Below, piece by piece: positions 20,376 through 31,062 of a stretch of 64,000 nt of DNA; positions within the stretch are counted from its first letter, which is position 1, and each line of letters begins with the position of its first letter. The stretch is from Spirochaetia bacterium. GTDB taxonomy: Bacteria > Spirochaetota > Spirochaetia > UBA9216. Position numbers and translations under genes: made by a program. The DNA lies in contig OZ223272.1 of assembly GCA_965140585.1 (NCBI GenBank), positions 448,001-512,000 of the forward strand, read 5' to 3'. Below the pieces are notes generated by a model. That model was given only the letters and a program-made list of their open reading frames with translations. It was not told where the DNA came from and searched no databases.

Positions 20376-21326
20376 TCAATGAAATATTCCTTTATTATCA
20401 ATTTGCTCTTTTTCGAGATAGCCACCGAAAACCCATCCAATTAATTCACCTTTTTTTATATATACCCATGGGTATTCCATATCATCAATATTATAAGCTA
20501 AAGGACTTACCCCAAGCATTTGTACTTCATCATTTTCTTGAAGCAATCCAATAATATTTGAATTTGTATTTGCTTCACTTCGTATTCTTAAATTCTTTGT
20601 ATTACAATACCCTTTATATGGGCGAGAATATCTATAATCTATAGAATATGCTCCTTTACTCTTCAATATCTTTACATATTCAGAATTTTCTCCATATTTA
20701 CTAACAGCAATGGCTAAAGTTGTCTTAAAATCATTCAATAAATTGATTTTATCTATTTTTACATTCATACTAATAAATATCTCAAAAGCTTCTAAATTGT
20801 TAGCTTCTAATGCTTCTTTTAATAAATCTACACTCAAGTAATTCATACTACTTGGGTCAAATCCATTTTCTATACACAATTTTAAAAACTTATTATTTTT
20901 TTCAATGATGGAATATAAAATTAATGTTTGAGGAAGATCTTCATCTGGCAACTCATCATATAAAGGAACCGCCCCAAGATTCAAAAAAAACTGAATTAAT
21001 TCCTCATTATTATTTTGACATGCGTAATACAAAGGAGTTTTCAAAACAGGATAGTATTCTTCCTCGAAATAGTTTATTTCCAAACCATCTTCTATAAATA
21101 GTTTAACTATTTCAGTTCTATTTTTCTCAAGAGCAGTTCTAAAAAATCTTACTTTTTCTGATGGTTCAATAAAATAATTGATTCTATTCTGATTTTCAAA
21201 AATCTCCTCCATCTTCATTATATCATTTTTAACAATTGCATCTCTCACTTCATCTGAATAATTAAATCTTTCAGCATATATTATTACACCGACTAACATA
21301 AAGAATAAAATCAATATCTTTTTCAT
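20376..21326 (-). CDS. Secreted ankyrin-repeat + SH3 domain protein (cassette 14)
   Basis: Signal peptide, TPLYYAC ankyrin, NLRIRSEANTNS...GWVFGGYL SH3b. Confidence 0.85.
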   Translation of the reverse strand: MKKILILFFMLVGVIIYAERFNYSDEVRDAIVKNDIMKMEEIFENQNRINYFIEPSEKVRFFRTALEKNRTEIVKLFIEDGLEINYFEEEYYPVLKTPLYYACQNNNEELIQFFLNLGAVPLYDELPDEDLPQTLILYSIIEKNNKFLKLCIENGFDPSSMNYLSVDLLKEALEANNLEAFEIFISMNVKIDKINLLNDFKTTLAIAVSKYGENSEYVKILKSKGAYSIDYRYSRPYKGYCNTKNLRIRSEANTNSNIIGLLQENDEVQMLGVSPLAYNIDDMEYPWVYIKKGELIGWVFGGYLEKEQIDNKGIFH

Positions 21327-21489
21327 TTAATCTCCTTTTTGAAATTCAGTCTTATCGCCCGTCGGCCGGAGGCCCGGGCGTCTTCCTCTTGCCTGGCTTA
21401 TTGCTTATAACGTCCCGGGGTTATACGACGTTCGGCAAAGCCGAATGTGGCGCAGCCCGAAGCCCGAATGGGCGGAGCGTATAGCCCCT

Positions 21490-21894
21490 GTTATGCGACG
21501 TCGCCTTTATTAGAGAAAGATTCCGATCAATCAAACGATCTAAATAATCTCCTCTTACCATTTCTACCCAATATTCTATTCGCCCTTTGCGACTTTCACA
21601 ATCATTTTTATTTCACCTGCAAGTCAACGAGCAAAGCGAGTGTGGCAGACTTGCCAAACGGAAAAAACCTGTCATGCCCACGAAGCAGATTTTGATAATT
21701 ATAAGCCAATACTTTTTCTTTAACGTCAGAACAAACATCGTCCAACGCAACGACCTTCTTCTAACAACAACCAAATCTAAATCCAAAATCTTCCTCATTC
21801 CAGGGCGAATTGAATATTTCAAACTATTTGGTAATCACTTATGGTTCGGAACTTTCTCCACCCCAAGATCATGCTCCGGCGATGTCCGCATAAC
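21490..21894. repeat. ORF-less cassette family A, copy 3
   Basis: Sequence similarity to copy 1. Confidence 0.9.
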
Positions 21895-21972
21895 GTCCCG
21901 GGGTTATACGACGTTCGGCAAAGCCGAATGTGGCGCAGCCCGAAGCCCGAATGGGCGGAGCGTATAGCCCCT

Positions 21973-22377
21973 GTTATGCGACGTCGCCTTTATTAGAGAA
22001 AGATTCCGATCAATCAAACGATATAAATAATCTCCTCTTACCATTTCTACCCAATATTCTATTCGCCCTTTGCGACTTTCACAATCATTTTTATTTCACC
22101 TGCAAGTCAACGAGCAAAGCGAGTGTGGCAGACTTGCCAAACGGAAAAAACCTGTCATGCCCACGAAGCAGATTTTGATAATTATAAGCCAATACTTTTT
22201 CTTTAACGTCAGAACAAACATCGTCCAACGCAACGACCTTCTTCTAACAACAACCAAATCAAAATCCAAAATCTTCCTCATTCCAGGGCGAATTGAATAT
22301 TGCAAACTATTTGGTAATCACTTATGGTTCGGAACTTTCTCCACCCCAAGATCATGCTCCGGCGATGTCCGCATAAC
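21973..22377. repeat. ORF-less cassette family A, copy 4
   Basis: Tandem with copy 3. Confidence 0.9.
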
Positions 22378-22523
22378 GTCCCGCGGTTATATGACGTTCG
22401 GCGTAGCCGAATGTGCCGCAGGCCGAGCCCGAATGGGCGAAGCAAATAACCGCTGTTATATGCTTTGGGCTCAACATCCAGACCGTTCAACGGAGTTAGG
22501 TCTGGATTCTTCTTTCTTTAAAA

Positions 22524-22817
22524 TTAACTAATCTTTCTTTTATCTACTAATTGTCCTGTAATATATTTATGAAGAACACTTTTTACAAAGGTTTGATATT
22601 TCAACCCTTCACTATCTGCGAATTCTTTAATCTTTTCCAATTCAAACTCATCAATTCTAATATTCATTTTTGTTTCTTTTTTTCTAAATTCACGAGCAGC
22701 ACTTTTAAACATTTTCTGTCTTTCAACCGTAGGCTTAGAAATATTTTGAATATCTATACTTTTTAAAGATTCTGCTAAATCTTTTTCTTCATCATCTAAA
22801 TATTTACCATCATTCAT
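22524..22817 (-). CDS. CopG/BrnA-like antitoxin (cassette 17)
   Basis: MNIRI...GLKYQTFVKSVLHKY RHH-like; overlaps the toxin gene. Confidence 0.8.
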   Translation of the reverse strand: MNDGKYLDDEEKDLAESLKSIDIQNISKPTVERQKMFKSAAREFRKKETKMNIRIDEFELEKIKEFADSEGLKYQTFVKSVLHKYITGQLVDKRKIS

Positions 22818-23088
22818 CTTTTACCTCCTCTATTAAATATAAGAAATCTCTATTTGGAAAAATTGTCTTTAAAAAAATTTCTTCTTCATCTAATACATAC
22901 GGGACACAATATGTATAATCATTTAAATTTACTACCATAATCATTTGATTTGGGTATTTTTCCCGGTTCGGATGCTGAAAATCTAAAAGAACGCCTTCAT
23001 TCTCTATTACTTCAATTATCTGATTAAATGTTATTCCTCGAGTCTTAAATAACAACTCATTCTTTTCAGCATTAAAATTGAACACCAT
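22810..23088 (-). CDS. BrnT-like toxin (cassette 17)
   Basis: FNAEKNELL..TRGITF, HPNREKYPNQ, LKTIFP; start moved to ATG at 23088. Confidence 0.8.
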   Translation of the reverse strand: MVFNFNAEKNELLFKTRGITFNQIIEVIENEGVLLDFQHPNREKYPNQMIMVVNLNDYTYCVPYVLDEEEIFLKTIFPNRDFLYLIEEVKDE

Positions 23089-23094
23089 ATTATC

Positions 23095-23124
23095 AGTATA
23101 CCCCCATTGTGCGCACATAGTCAA
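23095..23124 (-). promoter_or_regulatory. TA promoter with palindromic operator; probably leaderless
   Basis: TTGACT-18-TATACT, TGTGCGCACA palindrome in the spacer, ATG 6 nt after the -10. Confidence 0.65.
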
Positions 23125-23375
23125 TCTATTTTAATTTAATCTAATCTTGACTCTACGCCCGTCGGCCGGAGGTCCGGGCGTCTTTTTCTTGTTGAGCCCA
23201 TTGCATATAACGTCCGCGGTTATGTGATGTTTTGTGGTCGGCCCTACAGGCCGATTGGCAACTCTTTTGCATTCAGCGCCTTTACCCTCTATCTTGCTAC
23301 TACTTCGCAAAAGTGATGCCAAAACAAAATATGCCGCAGGCCAAGGAGCGTTTAGCGACGCCGCACATAGCCGCT

Positions 23376-23772
23376 GTTATACGCCGTCACAAAATAAAGA
23401 AAGTTGTTTATCATCATCACAATCTAAACAATTCTTTTACTTTTCAAATATCTATAATATTCTATTCGACCATACTGACTTTCACAATCTTTTTTATTTA
23501 CTCCGCAAAATAACGAGCTTTGCGAGTGGGCCAGTTTTGCATAAACGTTTCTGCATGCCCCAGCCCCGTACAGATTTTGATAATTCCAAAGCCAAAACTC
23601 TTTCATAAAACGTCAGAAAAAAGTCGTTGTTTGAATTTTTTCTTCATCAAAATAAAAATCAAAATCTGAAATCAGATCTTAGTCGAACAGAATATTGCCA
23701 ACTTATTATTTCATTATTAAGTGCAGCAACTTTCTTCCACCCAATATCCTTGCCAAAGTGATGGAGTATAAC
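23376..23772. repeat. ORF-less cassette family B, copy 2
   Basis: Similar to B1. Confidence 0.9.
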
Positions 23773-23850
23773 GTCCCGGGGTTATACGACGTTCGGCAAA
23801 GCCGAATGTGGCGCAGCCCGAAGCCCGAATGGGCGGAGCGTATAGCCCCT

Positions 23851-24255
23851 GTTATGCGACGTCGCCTTTATTAGAGAAAGATTTCGATCAATCAAACGAT
23901 CTAAATAATCTCCTCTTACCATTTCTACCCAATATTCTATTCGCCCTTTGCGACTTTCACAATCATTTTTATCTCACCTGCAAGTCAACGAGCAAAGCGA
24001 GTGTGGCAGACTTGCCAAACGGAAAAAACCTGTCATGCCCACGAAGCAGATTTTGATAATTATAAGCCAATACTTTTTCTTTAACGTCAGAACAAACATA
24101 GTCCAACGCAACGACCTTCTTCTAACAACAACCAAATCTAAATCCAAAATCTTCCTCATTCCAGGGCGAATTGAATATTGCAAACTATTTGGTAATCACT
24201 TATGGTTCGGAACTTTCTCCACCCCAAGATCATGCTCCGGCGATGTCCGCATAAC
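23851..24255. repeat. ORF-less cassette family A, copy 5
   Basis: Similar to A1. Confidence 0.9.
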
Positions 24256-24454
24256 GTCCCGGGGTTATGTGACGTATGGCGAAAGCCGTATGTGGCGGAG
24301 CCCGAGGAGCGTATAGCGACGAAGCACATAGCCCCTGTTATCTGCAGTGTTTCCGCCTCTTCGGCCAGACCGTTCGGCGGAGCCAGGACTGGCCTCTTTC
24401 CTAATCTATTCTCCTCTTCTCAGCTTTTCAAATTCATAAACACTTTTGAATTAA

Positions 24455-24931
24455 TTAAAAATATATTGATAACCCTAACGGTAAGACGAAGAAACTATCT
24501 TCTCCACCATCATAAATTTCATTTGTGATATAATTAGCTTTTAAATACATGAATAATTTCCATTTTTCAACAATCATAAACTGAAGCTGCATTCCACCAA
24601 TCAAGTACAGCTCACTAAACGCATTTTCTCCCGGATGAAAATCAGTTCCAATTCCAGCTTGTAATAATGCATTCAATCTTGGAGTAAACTCTAACGAATA
24701 TCGATAAGTTGTAGAAATTATTGATTGTGGACCCCAATGCCCTGATAACATTAAAATATTATTATTAATTTTATATCCAACACAAGTTTCAGAATATGCA
24801 AAAACACCATCAAAAGATTCTTCTTCAAGTGGTATACTTGTAACTCCTCCTAATTCAAAAACAACCTTATTTTCTCCGAAAGCGAACGAATTACTCAACA
24901 ATAACATTAAAAAAACAAATACCTTTTTCAT
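24455..24931 (-). CDS. Secreted beta-barrel-like protein (cassette 20)
   Basis: Signal peptide, amphipathic beta-strands, C-terminal YF. Confidence 0.65.
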   Translation of the reverse strand: MKKVFVFLMLLLSNSFAFGENKVVFELGGVTSIPLEEESFDGVFAYSETCVGYKINNNILMLSGHWGPQSIISTTYRYSLEFTPRLNALLQAGIGTDFHPGENAFSELYLIGGMQLQFMIVEKWKLFMYLKANYITNEIYDGGEDSFFVLPLGLSIYF

Positions 24932-25214
24932 AATTTTTCTTCCTCTATAATTTTTATAAATTTGTATTTAATATATCACCTTTAATTAAAGATGCTTGAA
25001 ATTTCTATATTTTCTTCGCCCGTCGGCCGGAGGTCCGGGCGTCTTCCTCTTGGCGGAAACATTGCAGATAACGTCCCGGGGTTATGTGACGTTCGGCAAA
25101 GCCGAATGTGGCGGAGCCCGAGGAGCGTATAGCGACGAAGCACATAGCCCCTGTTATCTGCTTTGTTTCCGCCTCTTCGACCAGACCGTACGGTGGAGCC
25201 AGGGCTAGTCTCTT

Positions 25215-26090
25215 TTAACCCTTAACTACAATCTTTGTTCCAACCCCACCTTCTTTATATATTTCTCTTAATTCTTCTCTAAAATAATCTATTCCAAGAT
25301 CTCCAGAACTATGCATTGGATATAACATTTTTAAAGGTAGCTCTTGAAATCTTTTTTTAGTAAATTCTAATAATTCCTCATTGGCCTGATATAATTGTAA
25401 ACCACCGATTATAGCAATTATATTATCATCACCATTCTTCTTAATATGTTCTATAGTATTTACTATTCCCGAATGACAACAACCACATACTATGATTTTT
25501 TTATTTTCTTCAAGTTCAATCACCAAAGAAATATCATCATCTATCTCATCCTGTTTTTCTTTTCCATTTTCTCTTGTAACAACTTGTTTTAATATTGGAT
25601 TGAGATCTTCTACCTTATTCGTCCTTGATATTTCTCCAGTAGTCCAGATATATTCATTCAAATTATAACGTTCTTTACTCTCGTATATTCTTCCCCTATT
25701 TCTTAGCTCATTAATTTTGGATAATTCTTTAATTCCAACGTTATTTTCTGAGCCATCATCTAATTTTAAGATTTTTTCGTTAAATATGCCTGGATGGCAG
25801 ATTATTTTTGTTTTTTCATTTGAATTATTGTAAGCATATAATAGCCCTCCTGTATGATCAAAATGACCATGACTAAGAACTATATAATCTATATCACTAA
25901 TCTCTAAACCCAGCTTTTTGAGATTAACTTCTAATCTTTCATTTTCAGGTCCTGTATCAAACAATATTTTAATAATGCTTCCATCATCGAATAAGTTTTC
26001 TATTAATGCAGAAAAACCACCGGGAGCATATTCATCTCCAATTAAGGATTTATTATCAACTATAATTGTAATATTCACTTTTTTGATCAT
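25215..26090 (-). CDS. MBL-fold metallo-hydrolase (cassette 21)
   Basis: LFDTG, SHGHFDHTGG, GCCHSG motifs. Confidence 0.88.
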   Translation of the reverse strand: MIKKVNITIIVDNKSLIGDEYAPGGFSALIENLFDDGSIIKILFDTGPENERLEVNLKKLGLEISDIDYIVLSHGHFDHTGGLLYAYNNSNEKTKIICHPGIFNEKILKLDDGSENNVGIKELSKINELRNRGRIYESKERYNLNEYIWTTGEISRTNKVEDLNPILKQVVTRENGKEKQDEIDDDISLVIELEENKKIIVCGCCHSGIVNTIEHIKKNGDDNIIAIIGGLQLYQANEELLEFTKKRFQELPLKMLYPMHSSGDLGIDYFREELREIYKEGGVGTKIVVKG

Positions 26091-26280
26091 TTATATACTC
26101 ACCTCTTTTCCATATTCTATGTACCAATAATTTAAATTACACTTTCTAATAGCCCGTCGGCCGGAGGTCCGGGCGTCTTTCTCTTGGCGGAAACATTGCA
26201 GATAACGTCCCGGGCATATGCGAAGTTGGCCGCAGGCCAATTTGGGCGAAGGGGCTTGACCCCGTAGCCGCATGTGCCCT

Positions 26281-26685
26281 GTTATGCGACGTCGCCTTTA
26301 TTAGAGAAAGATTCCGATCAATCAAACGATCTAAATAATCTCCTCTTACCATTTCTACCCAATATTCTATTCGCCCTTTGCGACTTTCACAATCATTTTT
26401 ATTTCACCTGCAAGTCAACGAGCAAAGCGAGTGTGGCAGACTTGCCAAACGGAAAAAACCTGTCATGCCCACGAAGCAGATTTTGATAATTATAAGCCAA
26501 TACTTTTTCTTTAACGTCAGAACAAACATCGTCCAACGCAACGACCTTCTTCTAACAACAACCAAATCAAAATCCAAAATCTTCCTCATTCCAGGGCGAA
26601 TTGAATATTGCAAACTATTTGGTAATCACTTATGGTTCGGAACTTTCTCCACCCCAAGATCATGCTCCGGCGATGTCCGCATAAC
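26281..26685. repeat. ORF-less cassette family A, copy 6
   Basis: Similar to A1; third att variant. Confidence 0.9.
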
Positions 26686-26848
26686 GTCCCGGGGTTATGT
26701 GACGTACGGCGAAGCCGTATGTGGCGCAGCCCGAGGAGCGCATAGCGACGATGCACATAGCCCCTGTTATCTGAAGTGCCCCCGCTCTTCAACCCAACCG
26801 CACGGCGGAGTCAAGGTTGGGTTTCTTTGAACATCTTCAACATTTCTT

Positions 26849-27376
26849 TTAATCAATTATTTTCCCCATCAATAACGCTCCATAGTATCTTCCATTTATT
26901 AAGAACTCACGCTTTTGATTTCCTTCTACCTCAAAACCAATTTTTTCATATAATTTAACAGCCCTGAAATTATCTTCTTTTACTTTTAAATTAATCTTAG
27001 TTTTATCATTCTGTTTAGCCCATAATAATAGAGAAGAAATCATTTCAGTTGCAATCCCTTCTCCCCAATATTGCTTTAAAACATAAACACTAAACTCACC
27101 AACATGTTTATTTCTTTTTCGCCCACCTGATATAAAATATAAACTTCCTATAATTTCGTCCTTATATTCTGCAACTATACAATAATGATTTGAGCTATCT
27201 ATACAATCCTGAACAAGTTCCTTTTCTCTTTCAAATGTTGATATTATTTCTCCAGCACTAAAAGATAATTCATCTGATTCAGTTGCAATTTTATCCATTA
27301 AGATTTTTCTCTTCTCGATATCGTATGATTCAATCTTTCTAATATTATAATCCATTTCTTCTTCTTTTTTATTCAC
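26849..27376 (-). CDS. GNAT acetyltransferase, RimJ/RimL-like (cassette 23)
   Basis: YWGEGIA, NFRAVKLYEKIGF. Confidence 0.88.
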   Translation of the reverse strand: MNKKEEEMDYNIRKIESYDIEKRKILMDKIATESDELSFSAGEIISTFEREKELVQDCIDSSNHYCIVAEYKDEIIGSLYFISGGRKRNKHVGEFSVYVLKQYWGEGIATEMISSLLLWAKQNDKTKINLKVKEDNFRAVKLYEKIGFEVEGNQKREFLINGRYYGALLMGKIID

Positions 27377-27740
27377 TCTCAGATTTTACCATTTTTTTTG
27401 AAATAATCTAAAACTCTTTTTCGCCCGTCGGCCGGAGGTCCGGGCGATTTCTCCCAAGGGGGCATTTCAGATAACGGCCCCAGCATAACCGAAGTTGAAG
27501 TGCAACCAAAGGAGTGTTTTGCCCAAAGAGCAAAACCGACTGTCCCTGCTCTCCTTCTCCGCAAGCTTCAATTTGGGTGGAGGCCGAATGGCCGGAACCG
27601 GTTATGGTGTGTTATGTGCTTTGAGCCCGACATCCAGACCGTTCAACGGAGTTAGGTCTGGATTCTTCATTTATCCAGCTTAAAATTACATTTAATGAAA
27701 TTAAAAACATCAAATAATTTTCTTATAAACTGTATCTTTT

Positions 27741-28622
27741 TTATCCATAATATTTATTTGTAATGATATCATAAAGCTCCTTTTTATATGATTCAGCTTT
27801 ATTTATAAAAGCTTTTTCAACTAATTCTTTTTTCTTTTCATTATTTAAACCTGGAAGATTCGTCATATTAAGCAATCTCTTCAATTCTTCATCAGATAAA
27901 ACTCGTACAACCCAATCTAAATCTTCATTAGCCAAAGCTTTCATTATTTTCTTCTTGATTTTTCGGTTGTACTCAACGGTTTTTATTTTTTCTATAAAAT
28001 TAATTATTCCATATTTAACCAAATCGTACATTAAGGCACCGGTCACAGAAAAGATTAAGGCTTGAATGACATAGTCACCTTCTCCTCCTTTCTCTTCTGG
28101 CATTTCAAGTGTGAGATCTAGTAATCTCTTTAAATATCTATATTTCTCATTATCACAATTATAAAAAGAATTAACAATTTCAATTTCGATTTTATGTACT
28201 TGGGAAAGATTATCTATTTCTTCTAAACTTATCAATGCAACTTCTTTAATAGCGAGATCTATTTCCCTTTTTAATTCTTTCCAAAAATAATCGTAGAAAT
28301 AATACCCCATACTCATTTGTATTTCTATGATAAATTCTTCCTCGCAAACTTCACATTTAACATTCATCTTTAACTTTTCTTGAAAAGTCTCTATTAAGAT
28401 TTCACTTATATCCACTATTTCTATTTCTTCATTTTTATATTCTTCATGCAATGATTTGATAAAGGAAACAGTTTTTTTATTAATATTCTCATAATAATTA
28501 TTCAACAAATCTATACTGTCAAAAACAACAAACTTTCCAGAATTAAAAATATATTTAACAGATTCATCTAATGGCTTTAGTTTTTTACTTCTACATTTTG
28601 GACATTGATTATCATAAAACAT
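27741..28622 (-). CDS. Hypothetical protein with two CxxC pairs (cassette 24)
   Basis: 293 aa; CPKC and CEVC; AAGGGG RBS. Confidence 0.65.
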   Translation of the reverse strand: MFYDNQCPKCRSKKLKPLDESVKYIFNSGKFVVFDSIDLLNNYYENINKKTVSFIKSLHEEYKNEEIEIVDISEILIETFQEKLKMNVKCEVCEEEFIIEIQMSMGYYFYDYFWKELKREIDLAIKEVALISLEEIDNLSQVHKIEIEIVNSFYNCDNEKYRYLKRLLDLTLEMPEEKGGEGDYVIQALIFSVTGALMYDLVKYGIINFIEKIKTVEYNRKIKKKIMKALANEDLDWVVRVLSDEELKRLLNMTNLPGLNNEKKKELVEKAFINKAESYKKELYDIITNKYYG

Positions 28623-28879
28623 TTCATTAACCCCTTCCTTTATTTATAATCTTTTCTCTTCGCCCGTCGGCCGGAGGTCCGGGCGTCTTCTTCTTGTCGG
28701 GCTCATTGCACATAACGTTCCGGGGTTATACGACGTTCGGCGCAGCCGAATGTGGCGCAGCCCGGAGCCCGAATGGGCGGAGCGTATAGCCCCTGTTATG
28801 TTCAGTAAAAAGGCAGGCCTCCAACTTTAAAGGAGAACTTGTACACGGATGTACAAGTTCTCTCTTTTCATCTTCAAAT

Positions 28880-29566
28880 TCATACATTAAATGCATTTCC
28901 TTTTCCTAAATTACATTCTCTACACTTTGTTTCTAAATTCTCAGGAATGGTTTCTCCTCCTTTTGACCAAGGAAGAATATGATCAACATGTAATTCAACA
29001 CCCAATTCTTTCATTGGACTTCTACCACATTTCTTACATGTAAATCCATCTCGCATCAATATCTTAAAACGTAACCTATCTGAAATTTCTCGTTTTGTTT
29101 TATGAACTATTTGCTGCTTTGATTCTTGCTTAATGATTTCATCTTTCTTTTCTTCGACATCTTCTTCGCTATCATCAGCATTTATAAAAACAACAAATTG
29201 TTCTAAAGCTTTCATCCATGAACCGAATCGACTCTCATATGGTTTTGTAGAAAATGCAGAAAGTGGCTTTTTTATTTCTGAATATCTCGGTTGTCTCCCA
29301 AGTTTTATCCAAACATTTTCTATGTTCTTAAATAATTCTTTTTCCGTAATATTCACTTTTCTATTTATTCTTAATCCTGCTTTCTCTAATGCATCAGTCC
29401 AAGACCCAAATCTATTTTGCAACGTATGATGATTATATTTTCCATACTGTTCATATTCCGCAATTGTAACACTATCTTTTTCTAATGTTTTTGATACTTT
29501 CTTTAAATCTTCTAATAATTTTTCATCTGAGATATTCCTATTGTATTCTTCTAATTCAAACATCAT
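28880..29566 (-). CDS. HNH endonuclease with N-terminal homing-endonuclease-associated repeats (cassette 25)
   Basis: Two RFGSWxxAL repeats; RDGFTCKKCG, LHVDHILPWSKGG, NL..C..CN. Confidence 0.88.
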   Translation of the reverse strand: MMFELEEYNRNISDEKLLEDLKKVSKTLEKDSVTIAEYEQYGKYNHHTLQNRFGSWTDALEKAGLRINRKVNITEKELFKNIENVWIKLGRQPRYSEIKKPLSAFSTKPYESRFGSWMKALEQFVVFINADDSEEDVEEKKDEIIKQESKQQIVHKTKREISDRLRFKILMRDGFTCKKCGRSPMKELGVELHVDHILPWSKGGETIPENLETKCRECNLGKGNAFNV

Positions 29567-29803
29567 TTTCTCATTATACCTTTTTTGGGCCAGGACGGCC
29601 CAAAAACACCCTCCGAAGCCGCCTTTTTATTGAACATAACGTCCGCGGTTATGTGATGTTTTGTGGTCGGCCCTACAGGCCGATTGGCAACTCTTTTGCA
29701 TTCAGCGCCTTTACCCTCTATCTTTCTCCATTTCGCAAAAGTGGTGACAAAACAAAATATGCCGCAGGCCAAGGAGCGTCTAGCGACGCCGCACATAGCC
29801 GCT

Positions 29804-30202
29804 GTTATACGCCGTCACAAAATAAAGAAAGTTGTACATCATCTTCACAATCTAAACATTTCTTTCACATTTCAAACTTCTTTAATATTCTATTCGACCA
29901 TACTGACTTTCACAATCTTTTTTATTTACTCCGCAAAATAACGAGCTTTGCGAGTGGGCCAGTTTTGCATAAACGTTTCTGTATGCCCCAGCCCCGTACA
30001 GATTTTGATAATTCCAAAGCCAAAACTCTTTCATAGAACGTCAGAAAAAAGTCATTGTTTGAAATTTTTCTTCATCAAAACAAAAATCAAAATCTGAAAT
30101 CAGATCTTAGTCGAACAGAATATTGCCAACTTATTATTTCATTATTTAAGCGCAGCAACTTTCTTCCACCCCATATCCTTGCCCAAAGTGATGGAGTATA
30201 AC
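29804..30202. repeat. ORF-less cassette family B, copy 3
   Basis: Similar to B1. Confidence 0.9.
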
Positions 30203-30271
30203 GTCCCGGGGTTAAGCGAAGTTGCGCAGCAATTTAGGCGTAGGCCGAATGGCCGGAGCCGCTTAACCCCT

Positions 30272-30674
30272 GTTATGCGACGTCGCTTTTTATTAGAGAA
30301 AGATTCCGATCAATCAAGTGATCTAAAAGAATCTCCACTTCTTATTTCTACCCAATATTCTATTCGCCCTTTGCGACTTTCTCAATCATTTTTATTTTAT
30401 CTGCAAGTCAACGAGCATAGCGAGTGAAGCAGACTTGCTGAACGGAACAACCTGCTGCGCCCGCGAAGCAGATTTTGATAATTATAAGCCAATACTTTTT
30501 CTTTAACGTCAGAACAAACATCGTCCAACGCAACGACCTTCTTCTAACAACCAAATCAAAATCCAAAATCTTCCTCATTCCAGGGCGAATTGAATATTGT
30601 AAACTATTTGGTAATCACTTGTGGTTCGGAACTTTCTCCACCCCAAGATCATGCTCCTGCGATGTCCGCATAAC
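30272..30674. repeat. ORF-less cassette family A, copy 7 (most divergent)
   Basis: Clustered substitutions in the left half. Confidence 0.88.
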
Positions 30675-31062
30675 GTCCCGGGGTTATATGACGTTTTTAT
30701 TTTTCTTAATTTTACCACCAATTACCCGTATTTACCAATTATAAACTATTGCTTCATGTCTGTGCATTTAACGACGATTTGAGTAGCAAAATCGGCCGAG
30801 TCTTCGAGGCATGGCGCAGTTCTGGAACGTAGCGCGATCAGCGCGAAGTGTCTTTAGCCAGAACTGTGACAAAGATTTTGACTACTCCAAATCTCTTGTT
30901 AAATGCTTACACCCAACTTACCCAAATCATAAAATAAAAATGTGGCGCAGCCCGAGGAGCTTATAGCGACGAGCAAATAACCCCTGTTATAGGCAGTAAG
31001 CGCCTCTTTGATTACATGTAGTGAGGCACGGATGCCGAACGGTAATCTTGCTATCTTTTCTG

